Source of the DNA: Barthelona sp. PCE
Taxonomy: Eukaryota
DNA length: 64,000 bases
NCBI GenBank assembly: GCA_040285745.1
Contig: JAUFOR010000003.1
Location: forward strand, 1,364,001 to 1,428,000
Direction: 5' to 3'
Position numbers and translations under genes: made by a program. Below, piece after piece: positions 1 through 9,440 of the stretch. The first letter of the stretch is position 1. Each line of letters opens with the position of its first letter. The notes beneath the pieces were generated by a model. That model was not told where the DNA came from, did not search any database, and was given only the letters and a program-made list of their open reading frames with translations.

Positions 1-295
1 ATTTTAGCGTCGTCTTTATGGTGGAAATATCGACTGTTGCGTTGACTGGGAAGATGAATGGCATCCCGGATGTCCCAGTATTGGCAATGAGTAAAAATTC
101 GTCTACAGGACACTCTTCAACTGTTTGTTTGCATTGGACAACTTCCGAGTCGCCTTCGGTATCCCTGAATGCAAAGAACAATGCACCATGGTCGTCATCT
201 GAAACAAAGCCCGTGATGACAGCATCTGCGCTGTCGTTAAAAGTTTTACATCGCAGATACGTAGCGATAAGGCATTTTACCGCCTGAACGTCCAT
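1..295 (-). CDS. Hypothetical protein, 5' part (runs off window start)
   Basis: Manual translation from ATG at 295 (MDVQAVKCLIATYLRCKTFNDSADAVITGF...) stays open to base 1; a pyrimidine-rich leader precedes it as in other genes here. Not in the ORF track because it has no stop in the window. Confidence 0.65.
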   Translation of the reverse strand, partial: MDVQAVKCLIATYLRCKTFNDSADAVITGFVSDDDHGALFFAFRDTEGDSEVVQCKQTVEECPVDEFLLIANTGTSGMPFIFPVNATVDISTIKTTLK

Positions 296-508
296 ATTTA
301 CGCGATGAGATTGTGAATAGAGAAAAGTTTTGTAAAACATTTGTTTGACTGCAAACAATGTAACTTTATGTTTTATTATCGCTTGTGGGTGGCCGTTGTG
401 TACGACTGTAATACTAAGCAAACTGTATTACATGAAAAGAAAAACCGGTCAACTGCCAGCGAGAAAAAAAACCCATATACTATTGAATAGAATAATCTAA
501 GATGCTTT

Positions 509-1882
509 TCAGATGTCATCAATTGAAGCACCAATCATTTTGAACGCTACTCTGACCAAGACCAACTCGTTTTTGGGATACAAATAGATGACATTGTTCA
601 CTGTATCGCAAAACAACAATACATGCTTGCCATCTTTCTCAAGTTTATATATCGACTGATCAGCATTTTCAATCACGAAATTACATTCAGTATGACTGGC
701 TAAAGTTCCTAACACATCAATAATACCAATCTTTCTATATGAATACCCAGCTCTATTCATACACACTCGGAGCTCACGTGCCTGGGGGTTCAGTTGTGGT
801 ATTTCTTCGAAAACATCGATCCATAACGTCGTATTATATGAAACACTTTGCTTCACAGCTGGTATCACATGGTCTTTAATTAGTGGAAGTATAGATGGAC
901 TCATTTGTAACATTTGCTTTAATCTATCTCGTAATGTATCCATTTCTATATCCAAATTAAGTGATTCAAAGAATCTAGAATAAAAAGTATTGTCTAATAT
1001 TTGTCGAGTTGATTGTGTGAGAAAACCTACATAATCAGGATAAAACTCGAATAATTCATTATAAGACGCTTCAGAAATGATTTTTCCCAATAAACTTGAT
1101 GGTATATGAGCAATATAAGAAATGATTTGTTTAAAATCCAAACTTAAAACATATTCCTCAAAAAAAGAACTCATGCGTTGTTCGTTATTTAGCATCTTGA
1201 AGCATTGTGGTGGGCAACATGAAACAAGTATGTCTTCAAAACTCTTTGTTGTTGATTTTGATAAACCTTCAGCACAAAAAGCTGATATTGAATGAGATAA
1301 AAATTCAAATTGCGTCTCATCAATGACCGAAAGTGTACTTTTATCAACTGTAATAGTTGAAATAATGTCAATTAATCTAAATCTCCGGAAAAGATTAACA
1401 TCTTGAGATAAAAACTGTCTAAACACTCTTAAAACATCTAAAAATGTGGCAAATGGTATGTCTTCACAATCAAGCGATGATATAAAATCACGTATATCAC
1501 TGATATTGACTTCAACAATAGATTCCATACGGTGTTGGTTTAATTCATCAATATCAGACATGTTGTTCAGTTTTGAAGTGACTCCCTCAAGTTTAATTTC
1601 ATTGTCATTGAGGGAATTGACGATATCATCATGAGCAGAATCAATTTTCTTCATTTGTTCTACTAAGCTGTTCTGGGCCTCATGAAAGAAGTTGTAGCTC
1701 TCCGAGCCGAACGTCGGGTATGTGATTTCATGTGCTTTTGATTCGATATCGCGATGTGTAATGAGTTGTTCCAGCTTCAGCTGTGTATCAACATTATCGA
1801 GTGCTCCCTCACCGTATTTACCAATACCTTCACCCTCTACATGCCCCAGTAAGCCAAGCAAAAAGTCCCCTTCATCATTCAT
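509..1882 (-). CDS. Hypothetical helical/coiled-coil protein, 457 aa
   Basis: Long ORF with N-terminal coiled-coil character; no family recognised. Confidence 0.75.
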   Translation of the reverse strand: MNDEGDFLLGLLGHVEGEGIGKYGEGALDNVDTQLKLEQLITHRDIESKAHEITYPTFGSESYNFFHEAQNSLVEQMKKIDSAHDDIVNSLNDNEIKLEGVTSKLNNMSDIDELNQHRMESIVEVNISDIRDFISSLDCEDIPFATFLDVLRVFRQFLSQDVNLFRRFRLIDIISTITVDKSTLSVIDETQFEFLSHSISAFCAEGLSKSTTKSFEDILVSCCPPQCFKMLNNEQRMSSFFEEYVLSLDFKQIISYIAHIPSSLLGKIISEASYNELFEFYPDYVGFLTQSTRQILDNTFYSRFFESLNLDIEMDTLRDRLKQMLQMSPSILPLIKDHVIPAVKQSVSYNTTLWIDVFEEIPQLNPQARELRVCMNRAGYSYRKIGIIDVLGTLASHTECNFVIENADQSIYKLEKDGKHVLLFCDTVNNVIYLYPKNELVLVRVAFKMIGASIDDI

Positions 1883-1937
1883 TGATTTGAAAAAGAGAAA
1901 AAAATCATTTACATATTAACAATAATTATAAACACAA

Positions 1938-3119
1938 CTATCTCCTTGAAACACGTCCGCTACCGGAGGCGCCACGTGATGAGGATGATCTAGAAGATCT
2001 TACGGTTGTATGACGAGAACGGTTGCTTCTTCTAGGGGAAGAACGAGTGTGAGAAGAAGTATTACCAGAGAAGAAAGAACGAGGACGGGGGCTGTGATAA
2101 TGATGATGAACGTGGGGACGATGCCATCCATGGAATAATCTAGGACGGAAGAAAGGACGAGGACGGAACAAATTAGAAACAAAATTCCCTGTCCAGAATC
2201 CATTCCAGAAACCGCCTTGGCTTCTTTGATGATATTCATCATCAGTGTCTCTGTTTCTGCGTGTATGTCTTCTTCTACGCTGTGAAGGAGAAGGAGCAGG
2301 GGGAGCACTCTCTGGCTCTCTGGAAATTTGTGAGGCGTCTGGATAGTAGACTGGGGGAATCTCAACTGTAGGGCGTTGATGAGTGGGAATACTCTTATCC
2401 TCATCGGAATCGTCTTCAGAAGATGATGTCTCCACATCAGATGTGTTACGGCTCTTGCGTTTGTATCCAAATATAATGTAGAAAGGCAGCTTAAACATAA
2501 ACAATACCGCTTGGAAGACGGTAGCTACTAATCTAAATAAGAGTGACCAAACACCAAGAGGAATGAATAAAATCCATCTGAGGATCTTAAAAGGCAATGT
2601 AATCATACCAAGACCTAGTTTAATAAAGAGGCTAAGCAAAGAAAATACACCACCTAAACAGAAAACTGTTAAGAAAGCTAACCCTATATACTTAGTATAC
2701 TTCAGAAACCGAAAAGGGGCAAAGTCTGTCCAAGAACGTACGAATCCAAGCTTATATACGAGACCACAACTTCCTTTAAGGACATAAGGATCCTCTGGAT
2801 AGTCAAATCCTTCACAAGATATGTCAATATCGTATAAACGATACTTGGATCCGTCTAAGTTCTTTGTCTCACAGTCCCAATCCTGACCCATATTTGCGTT
2901 AAGGCAGACGACCTTCTTTACCTTGTGAGATCTAAACATTGCGCCTCCTCCATCACATTCCAGTTGCTTGATTGGTTGGCCGCGACGAGATGTGGTGATG
3001 GCTTTCTTGTAGAATGTCATTTTGGGAACATCTGACAAAAGAACTTTTTTTGAAGCTAATGAACTCTGAAAACAGAGTAATACCAAAATAATAACACCTA
3101 AAGACCTATAGATTTTCAT
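1938..3119 (-). CDS. SARAF: SARAF/TMEM66-like membrane protein
   Basis: Signal peptide after ATG 3119 (MKIYRSLG...); SARAF luminal motifs VLLSDV..TF..TTSRR..PI.QL.C.GG and CEGFDYPEDPYVLKGSCGL; hydrophobic segments, then a low-complexity Arg/Ser tail. Confidence 0.88.
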   Translation of the reverse strand: MKIYRSLGVIILVLLCFQSSLASKKVLLSDVPKMTFYKKAITTSRRGQPIKQLECDGGGAMFRSHKVKKVVCLNANMGQDWDCETKNLDGSKYRLYDIDISCEGFDYPEDPYVLKGSCGLVYKLGFVRSWTDFAPFRFLKYTKYIGLAFLTVFCLGGVFSLLSLFIKLGLGMITLPFKILRWILFIPLGVWSLLFRLVATVFQAVLFMFKLPFYIIFGYKRKSRNTSDVETSSSEDDSDEDKSIPTHQRPTVEIPPVYYPDASQISREPESAPPAPSPSQRRRRHTRRNRDTDDEYHQRSQGGFWNGFWTGNFVSNLFRPRPFFRPRLFHGWHRPHVHHHYHSPRPRSFFSGNTSSHTRSSPRRSNRSRHTTVRSSRSSSSRGASGSGRVSRR

Positions 3120-3523
3120 ATTCGAGATCTGAGTATACTTGAAACGGTTATAAACTTCAAAGCACAATTGTGCAAGGCCCAAGGCCCATTTTTTTTTCTC
3201 ACATTCGCATGGTCTGTCACGCAGGATGTTTTGGTCATATGCTTCATAGCATGTCAGATAGAATCGGTTTTATTTTTAGATTTCCAGACTCGTCTCAGTT
3301 ATACTGATTCTGTCTGATGAAACACACATGCTAATCTCTTATCTCCACGTAAAAGTTTATAAAATTACAGATTGACCACAATCACAAGAATTTTTTCATA
3401 TGTTTTCGCATTCTTAATCTTAGCCATCATTTGTTCTGGTTTAACCAACTCCTAAGCCTTACATTCCATGAAAATTGCTCCACCGCATTAAAGAATCATT
3501 CTCACATACTTCCTCTTACTCAC

Positions 3524-4651
3524 ATGACACAGATTATCGGAGATCAAGTGGGGCTTGTGCGATGCTTCAACACAGCAGAACAGCATCTAGAATACACTTT
3601 ATATGAACCTTCATTGGAAAATGCTGTTGTTGGTGTTCTAGCATTTAAGAATGAAGAAGGCACTGATTGTTTCCTCAGTATGTCCGCGGGCGGCTTGTTT
3701 TCAGTTCAAGATTATGCATCAAATAGCATTCTATCATTTTCTGTAGCTATGCCAGAAGGAATGCCTTTTGTTGCCTTTGTTACATTAGGGAATCCCAGCG
3801 AATCCGTGAACTGCACATACGTCGCTGCTACAAAACAGCATATTGTTGTCTTTGATATCAACGGTGATGTTATTAGCACCATTGATGTAGGTTTGCCTCG
3901 TATTACGAGTATGTGTCGTATTGGCACTGAAGAAGTTCTAGTATGCGGCCAGGGTCTCGCAGTACGCCGCATCAATTGCAAAACGGGTGAGATAGTCAAA
4001 GTATACAAGCCAATTCAGAAGGATTGTTACGGTGTTAAACGACACAATCTATTGCACACAATTACTGCTATTACAGACGATTTATTCATTGTGTCGCACA
4101 TGCGTGGTTATATATGGATATATAACAAGAATGATGACAGACCATTTAGTAGTTTTGCACTATCGCACAAGAGAGATTCAACTTTTGCATGTTTCTTGAG
4201 AATGATCGGAGAAAAACTCTTTATTGGAACAGTAGAAGGTAACTTGAGGAGGTGGAACATTAATTGGGATACTTTACCAGAGTTAGACAGTGAATATTCA
4301 CAGGTTGAGCGATACGTTGAACGCGGATATCGCACTATTGCAGGTGCTATTGTTGACGTGCAAGTTTCTGACAAAAAGGTCTACGCACTCAGTTTGGACA
4401 GGCATCTATATGTTTATGGTTATGACGATAAGATGCCTGCGTATAAGAATTATGTTGTAGGTAGACCCACCTCAATGGCATGTTTTGACACTGCATACTT
4501 CCATCGTGAAGAAGAGGAGAAGGAGGATATGCAGAATGAGGTACAAAAGAAGAAGCAGAAGACAGAAGAGTTAGAGTTGCTGAATGAAGAAGATGAAGCA
4601 GAACTTGCGTTTTATGAGCAACTTATGGGCCAGATGGCCAATAAACAATGA
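3524..4651 (+). CDS. WDR74: WD40 ribosome biogenesis factor WDR74/NSA1-like
   Basis: Likely start ATG 3524 (MTQIIGDQVGLVRC); WD-like blades, AGAIVDV...SLDRHLYVY...YKNYV resembling the WDR74 C-terminal blade; acidic/basic tail. Confidence 0.7.
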   Translation: MTQIIGDQVGLVRCFNTAEQHLEYTLYEPSLENAVVGVLAFKNEEGTDCFLSMSAGGLFSVQDYASNSILSFSVAMPEGMPFVAFVTLGNPSESVNCTYVAATKQHIVVFDINGDVISTIDVGLPRITSMCRIGTEEVLVCGQGLAVRRINCKTGEIVKVYKPIQKDCYGVKRHNLLHTITAITDDLFIVSHMRGYIWIYNKNDDRPFSSFALSHKRDSTFACFLRMIGEKLFIGTVEGNLRRWNINWDTLPELDSEYSQVERYVERGYRTIAGAIVDVQVSDKKVYALSLDRHLYVYGYDDKMPAYKNYVVGRPTSMACFDTAYFHREEEEKEDMQNEVQKKKQKTEELELLNEEDEAELAFYEQLMGQMANKQ

Positions 4652-4696
4652 TAGAGTAATAGTTTAGAAAAGTAGAAAAATATTTGCTATTTTTAC

Positions 4697-5626
4697 TCAC
4701 CACAGAAATTCCCCTTTTTCAGCCTTCTCAGCCTCATCTATTTGATCCACCTCCTGTTTCTCTTCCACCTCAAGTTCTTCTTCATCCACTTCAGGTTCTT
4801 CTTCATCCACTTCAGGTTCTTCTTCATCCATTTCAGGTTCATCCATTTCAGGTTCATCCACTTCATCAAGTTCAGATTCCTCCTCTTGCGTTTGTGATTG
4901 GGTCTCATTGGTTGCCTGTAACTTTGTCGGCTCATCACCCAAAGTCCTGCTTTTTTCTATTTGGCTCATCTGATTCGTGTAATCTTCCATTTTCTCTAAA
5001 TGCTTTTCTTCTATATCGTAATACTCTAAATCTGCTTCAGTATATCCTATTTGCTTCATTAAATCTTCCTTTTTAATGTCTGGTCTTTCCTTCTTCATAT
5101 ATCGAAAAAATTGGGTAATAGAATACACCAATTCATTCAATATTTCAACATGTTCCACTGTTTTTTCATGCGTTTCAAGAATCTTTTGTGGATCTCTTTC
5201 TTCAACATTCAAAATTTGTGCGTCAACTTGCTCTACTTCTTGTCGCATACGTTTAAGATCTTCATATTGCTCATCGTAATTATCAGAAGCACCCTCACGG
5301 TCTGCTTTTGCTTTTTCAATTGCTGTTTGAATGATAGCTAACTCTTCCTCAATTTCTGTCTTACATTTATGTGTTGCTTCCATTTGAGTACGTACCCTGA
5401 CACCCTCGTCAGCGGGAAAGCTCCATATGTACTTCGATACACCCACTTTTTCAAGATTGGTAGTATCATTATCTTCAATATCCTTCAGTGCTGATTCAAT
5501 TTGACTTTTAGTCATTCCTGGTACACTGGGAAACGATTTGACCTTGAAAGGTCTGTTCTGTTTTGAGAGAAAGTCGAGAATTTTGCTAACTTTCTCTTCA
5601 ATAGACATTCGCGTTGTCTTTGCCAT
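4697..5626 (-). CDS. MND1: Meiotic nuclear division protein Mnd1 with acidic repeat tail
   Basis: MSIEEK, EKVGVSKYIWSFP, coiled coil and DPQKI match Mnd1 motifs. Confidence 0.8.
   Translation of the reverse strand: MAKTTRMSIEEKVSKILDFLSKQNRPFKVKSFPSVPGMTKSQIESALKDIEDNDTTNLEKVGVSKYIWSFPADEGVRVRTQMEATHKCKTEIEEELAIIQTAIEKAKADREGASDNYDEQYEDLKRMRQEVEQVDAQILNVEERDPQKILETHEKTVEHVEILNELVYSITQFFRYMKKERPDIKKEDLMKQIGYTEADLEYYDIEEKHLEKMEDYTNQMSQIEKSRTLGDEPTKLQATNETQSQTQEEESELDEVDEPEMDEPEMDEEEPEVDEEEPEVDEEELEVEEKQEVDQIDEAEKAEKGEFLW
4770..4862. repeat. Coding minisatellite: 3 x 21 nt plus 2 x 15 nt
   Basis: tca(a/g)gttcttcttcatcca(c/t)t x3 then tcaggttcatcca(c/t)t x2; encodes the (V/M)DEPE and (V/M)DEEEPE repeats of Mnd1. 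Confidence 0.9.
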
Positions 5627-6344
5627 TTTATATGATTATTTTATGTCTAAATGCAGGTAAAAAGTTGAATAGTGCCCACCCCAACAATTAAATGGTTTGA
5701 AAAAGGATGTAAATATGTTTTCATAGCAAAAGTTTCGTTTTTTCCAATGATGCATTGTAACTTCAGTTTTGAACATTTTTTGCTTAATTATACCCCAGAA
5801 TTCGCTTATATTGTACTGATTTGAACTCAAAAAATTTTTTTCCTTTCAGCATTGCATTATAAAATTCAACCTATTTTAGAAACTTGTGACATGAAAACTA
5901 TGTAGACAGGGTCATAGAAGTGCAGTTTTCAGTGGTTTTGAGAGATTTTCAAGCAAGATTCTATTCTTTACTGATGGTTTTGTGGACCAAAAACTGCAGA
6001 TATCGTCTCTACACTAACAACCTATGTGGTTTATCCAACACAAAACTATTTTTGGATGTGGTTGCGCACTTTTAGCACTTTGTTGCTAAAACAGTATTTA
6101 GATAATGGCAAAGAACCCGGTTTGAAAGAAAAACAGTGTTATAGTTGATTATCTTCCTCAATTTTCACAACAGTTAGATTTTTTTTTAATTAATCCAATA
6201 ATGTGTTAATTGAGACTTTTAAATATCAACAAACTGCTTTTCGATGGAAATGGAAGGTAAATTCAGTGTCTACATCTTTGTATATTAGTTTGTTTGAAAT
6301 AGCATTCGATTTCTCTTCTATTACTTTCCACATCTTGTTCCGAG

Positions 6345-7307
6345 ATGAAACTCAAGCTTTCACTCGCACATGATCACTATACTAAGACGCGAAACCCTCC
6401 TGTCCTTCCAGAAGATATAGGTTTGGGATTAGGTGTTAAGCTGGTGGTTTTAGCCTCGAAAGATGCTATCACAGCCACGGAGGACGATGGATTCCTCGCT
6501 GACCTTTCTCCAAATAGCCAAGTTATCATTAAGACATACAGAATACTTTTTAGTCGACCTGGAAGTCAGAAAGAACGTTGTTTTCTAATCAATAACTACC
6601 AAGGATGGCCAGCGCTTAGTGTTTTAAACGAGCATCAGCATTTTAAGCTGCGTGATCGTGTTAGCAAAATTCCAGTTGATCTTTTTCAACCAGTCGTTAA
6701 TTTCCTTGGTGTATTCCAGGCTGATGACCCCGAGGTCCAAAAAGACATTCTTTACTCATTTGTTGTTAAACCAACACCTTATTTATTAGCAAACAATCGT
6801 CATATAAGTAATGATAATTGTTATCAAATAGCTGAATCAAATCTTCAAGAAGCAGAACGTCTTGCAATATCACATGTTGATGATCAACAGAAACAATTAC
6901 AAAACAAGGAGATGCAAAGAAAAATGGATCAAGAACGTTTCATAGAATCTTTACAAGGTCAATCTAATCGGAGGCGTAGAGATAACGACCATTCATATAA
7001 ATCACCAAAGCGTGAGGAAATGGTTGTTAAACATACATCTACAGTGTCTGTATCACCAAAAGAACCGGAACGGAAACGTCAATTTGTTGCAGATTTTGTT
7101 TTAGAAGAAGCACAAGATCCTGAAACATCACCAGAATTGACCGATTTATTCTCTTTTCACCCTCCAAAGAACCCTAATCATCGACAACGTCATCTACCAA
7201 GACTCTCTCAACCTGATACTCCCAAAAAAGTGATCGCACCAACACCACCAGTATTACGTGGTTGTTGGACACCATCCCCACCACTTCTAAGTGCATATTC
7301 ATACTGA
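6345..7307 (+). CDS. Hypothetical protein, 320 aa, Pro-rich C-terminus
   Basis: Long ORF with a pyrimidine-rich leader; no family recognised. Confidence 0.7.
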   Translation: MKLKLSLAHDHYTKTRNPPVLPEDIGLGLGVKLVVLASKDAITATEDDGFLADLSPNSQVIIKTYRILFSRPGSQKERCFLINNYQGWPALSVLNEHQHFKLRDRVSKIPVDLFQPVVNFLGVFQADDPEVQKDILYSFVVKPTPYLLANNRHISNDNCYQIAESNLQEAERLAISHVDDQQKQLQNKEMQRKMDQERFIESLQGQSNRRRRDNDHSYKSPKREEMVVKHTSTVSVSPKEPERKRQFVADFVLEEAQDPETSPELTDLFSFHPPKNPNHRQRHLPRLSQPDTPKKVIAPTPPVLRGCWTPSPPLLSAYSY

Positions 7308-7314
7308 TAGCTCT

Positions 7315-9006
7315 CTAAAGCTTGATTTTATTCAAGATTTGACTGGTTAAATCCAGTGTATCAATTACACCACCTCGATCTCTCTGGATATCAATCATCA
7401 ATGTTGCAGGGGATAGGTTGGCACCACCTTCTATCTGGAGCGATTGAGTTGATGAATCATCAGGTTTAGGAAGAGTGTAGATGTGCACCTTGAGAATTAG
7501 ACTGTGGTTTCTTTTGGGCCTCACTGAGAAATCGAAAGGTGATCCTTCCCATTCACAGTCTAGTTCAACAAGTACGTTGCATAATTGTTCTAAGACTTCT
7601 TCAATACAACGATTAGTTTTTAAGCCCAACGACCATTTTTTCTTACGTTTTGATTTTTCTTTTCTCTTTAATTTGTTTTTAACATTCATTTCTGTATCTG
7701 TTTCAGGTATAGGAATATCAATTAAAGTACTTATATTGCTTTCAGGTAATTCTTCCTCTTCTTTTGCTGTTGCCGTTGAGCTGTTATACCCGTTCTCTTC
7801 AGGTGCAAGTGTCATCGGTAACGCATTAGGATCATCAGCATCGTCTTCTAGTGACATGTTTGCTTCGTTCACAGGGACGTGATCTACTGCATCTTCTATA
7901 ACAAAGGTGTTCATTCGTACTTGAGAAAAAACATGCTCGTTCTCAACTTTAGAAGTTTTTTCCATCTCATCTATCAACGTTTTACGGTTCCGTAGTAAAA
8001 GATAATAAGGTACTGTCATCGGATTAACATCTCCCTGACGTAACGCTTCAATACATGCTTCGCGTGACCATAATCCACTTTCATTATTACGTGTGTATAA
8101 AGTTTCAACACGCGCAAGAATACTTTCATCTATATCGGTTTCAGGGCCATAGCCTCTAGTCAGAGAACGATAGATGTAAGCAGGAATGTTTTTCATAAAC
8201 CATGGGTGGCGCTTAATTTCTTCAATACCTATTCTTCGAGATGGGTCAACAATGAGCATTCTTCGAATAAGGTCTTGGAGTTCTGTTGAAAGTGTATCTG
8301 GTAGATCAAATTGACCTCTACGGATATGTACGAACAACATATGTACATTGTTATCATCAAAAGGGAGACGACCTACACACATTGCATACAGTAACACGCC
8401 ACAGGACCATACATCAACTGCAGGGCCTGTGTACGGTCTACCAGCAACCACTTCCGGTGGGGCATAGTGAGGAGAACCGCATGAAGTTGCCATAAAGTCG
8501 CCATCAGGGGTAATATTTGATAGACCAAAATCTGCAAGTTTAACGTTCTTATTCTCATCAAGTAAAAGGTTCTCTGGCTTGATATCTCGGTGAACAACGT
8601 TGTTTCGGTGACAATAATCGACTCCACTGATAACTTGTTGGAAAAACTTTCTAGCTTCGTCCTCACTAAGCGCAGGACCATGTTGCATGATGTAACTGAA
8701 CAGTTCACCTCCTGCAACGTACTCCATAACCATGTATATTGCAGCTGGTGTGTCAATGACCTCGAAGAGCCTGACAATGTGTGGGTGGTTGAAGAGTTTC
8801 AGAAATTTGATTTCTCTGTTCACTTTAGAGTTCATCTTAAGGTTGTAGATCTTCTTTTTGTTGAGTATCTTAACCGCCACCAGATGACCTGTGAGTTTGT
8901 GCTCAGCTAACTTCACTTTTCCGAAGCTGCCATTGCCGATCGTTATTTTGAATGTGTAGTGCCCAATTGACGACTCTCCTGAAGGAATATGAGGCGTTTG
9001 AGACAT
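7315..9006 (-). CDS. SNF1: SNF1/AMPK alpha catalytic subunit
   Basis: IGNGSFGKVK, HRDIKPEN, DFGLSN..DGDFMATSCGSPHYA; UBA-like region; C-terminal KKWSLGL kinase-associated domain. Confidence 0.93.
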   Translation of the reverse strand: MSQTPHIPSGESSIGHYTFKITIGNGSFGKVKLAEHKLTGHLVAVKILNKKKIYNLKMNSKVNREIKFLKLFNHPHIVRLFEVIDTPAAIYMVMEYVAGGELFSYIMQHGPALSEDEARKFFQQVISGVDYCHRNNVVHRDIKPENLLLDENKNVKLADFGLSNITPDGDFMATSCGSPHYAPPEVVAGRPYTGPAVDVWSCGVLLYAMCVGRLPFDDNNVHMLFVHIRRGQFDLPDTLSTELQDLIRRMLIVDPSRRIGIEEIKRHPWFMKNIPAYIYRSLTRGYGPETDIDESILARVETLYTRNNESGLWSREACIEALRQGDVNPMTVPYYLLLRNRKTLIDEMEKTSKVENEHVFSQVRMNTFVIEDAVDHVPVNEANMSLEDDADDPNALPMTLAPEENGYNSSTATAKEEEELPESNISTLIDIPIPETDTEMNVKNKLKRKEKSKRKKKWSLGLKTNRCIEEVLEQLCNVLVELDCEWEGSPFDFSVRPKRNHSLILKVHIYTLPKPDDSSTQSLQIEGGANLSPATLMIDIQRDRGGVIDTLDLTSQILNKIKL

Positions 9007-9181
9007 TTTTTAGTCGTAGTGACTGTGGAAAGGGTAAATCTTGGTTTTACAATGCATTGTTTAAATACAGCTATTTTTCCCACCGCTTTGCACAATAATC
9101 TCTGATTAAGATGCTATTTGAGTCTTGTAGGCTCATAGTGTGGCTGATTGTTCATTACCATTTTCTCTCCATATCACACTG

Positions 9182-9393
9182 ATGTCACGCGCTAAGGTCA
9201 CTAAAAGTGTAGCTCCCTCATCTGCATCCAACGTTGTCGCTGCTGATGACGCTCCCGGGTTTCACGTGTATGATCCATTTTTTTTTTAATGCATAATCTA
9301 ACGTTAAGTTCACCCAGGCACTCAATGTTCTTCGCCCTTTTCCTGATCATCATTGTTATCTTTTTGCACATTATGGGTAAGTTGCGCTCATAA
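9182..9393 (+). CDS. SEC61B: Sec61 beta subunit, 56 aa, two exons join(9182..9267,9309..9393); absent from ORF track
   Basis: Spliced product MSRAKVTKSVAPSSASNVVAADDAPGFHVSPRHSMFFALFLIIIVIFLHIMGKLRS* matches the Sec61-beta pattern DD.PG..V.P-TM-LHI.GK. Confidence 0.9.
9268..9308 (+). other. Spliceosomal intron, 41 nt, phase 2 (Sec61-beta)
   Basis: GTATGA...TCTAACGTTAAG; removal restores the Sec61-beta frame. Confidence 0.9.
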
Positions 9394-9440
9394 AATAGTT
9401 TACATAGAAATATGCGTAGAATCTTGTAGATAATTATCAT

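Noticed and set aside
3310-3325. CTGATGA as a hammerhead ribozyme core or SECIS element
   Set aside because: No stem II followed by GAAA, no SECIS geometry, and no in-frame TGA selenoprotein nearby.
4684-5076. Plus-strand ORF with LLHPLQV repeats; CRISPR-like appearance of the repeats
   Set aside because: Antisense reading of the Mnd1 minisatellite; the repeats are tandem with no spacers.
9201-9440. 79-aa minus-strand ORF
   Set aside because: Antisense to the spliced Sec61-beta gene, which explains the region.
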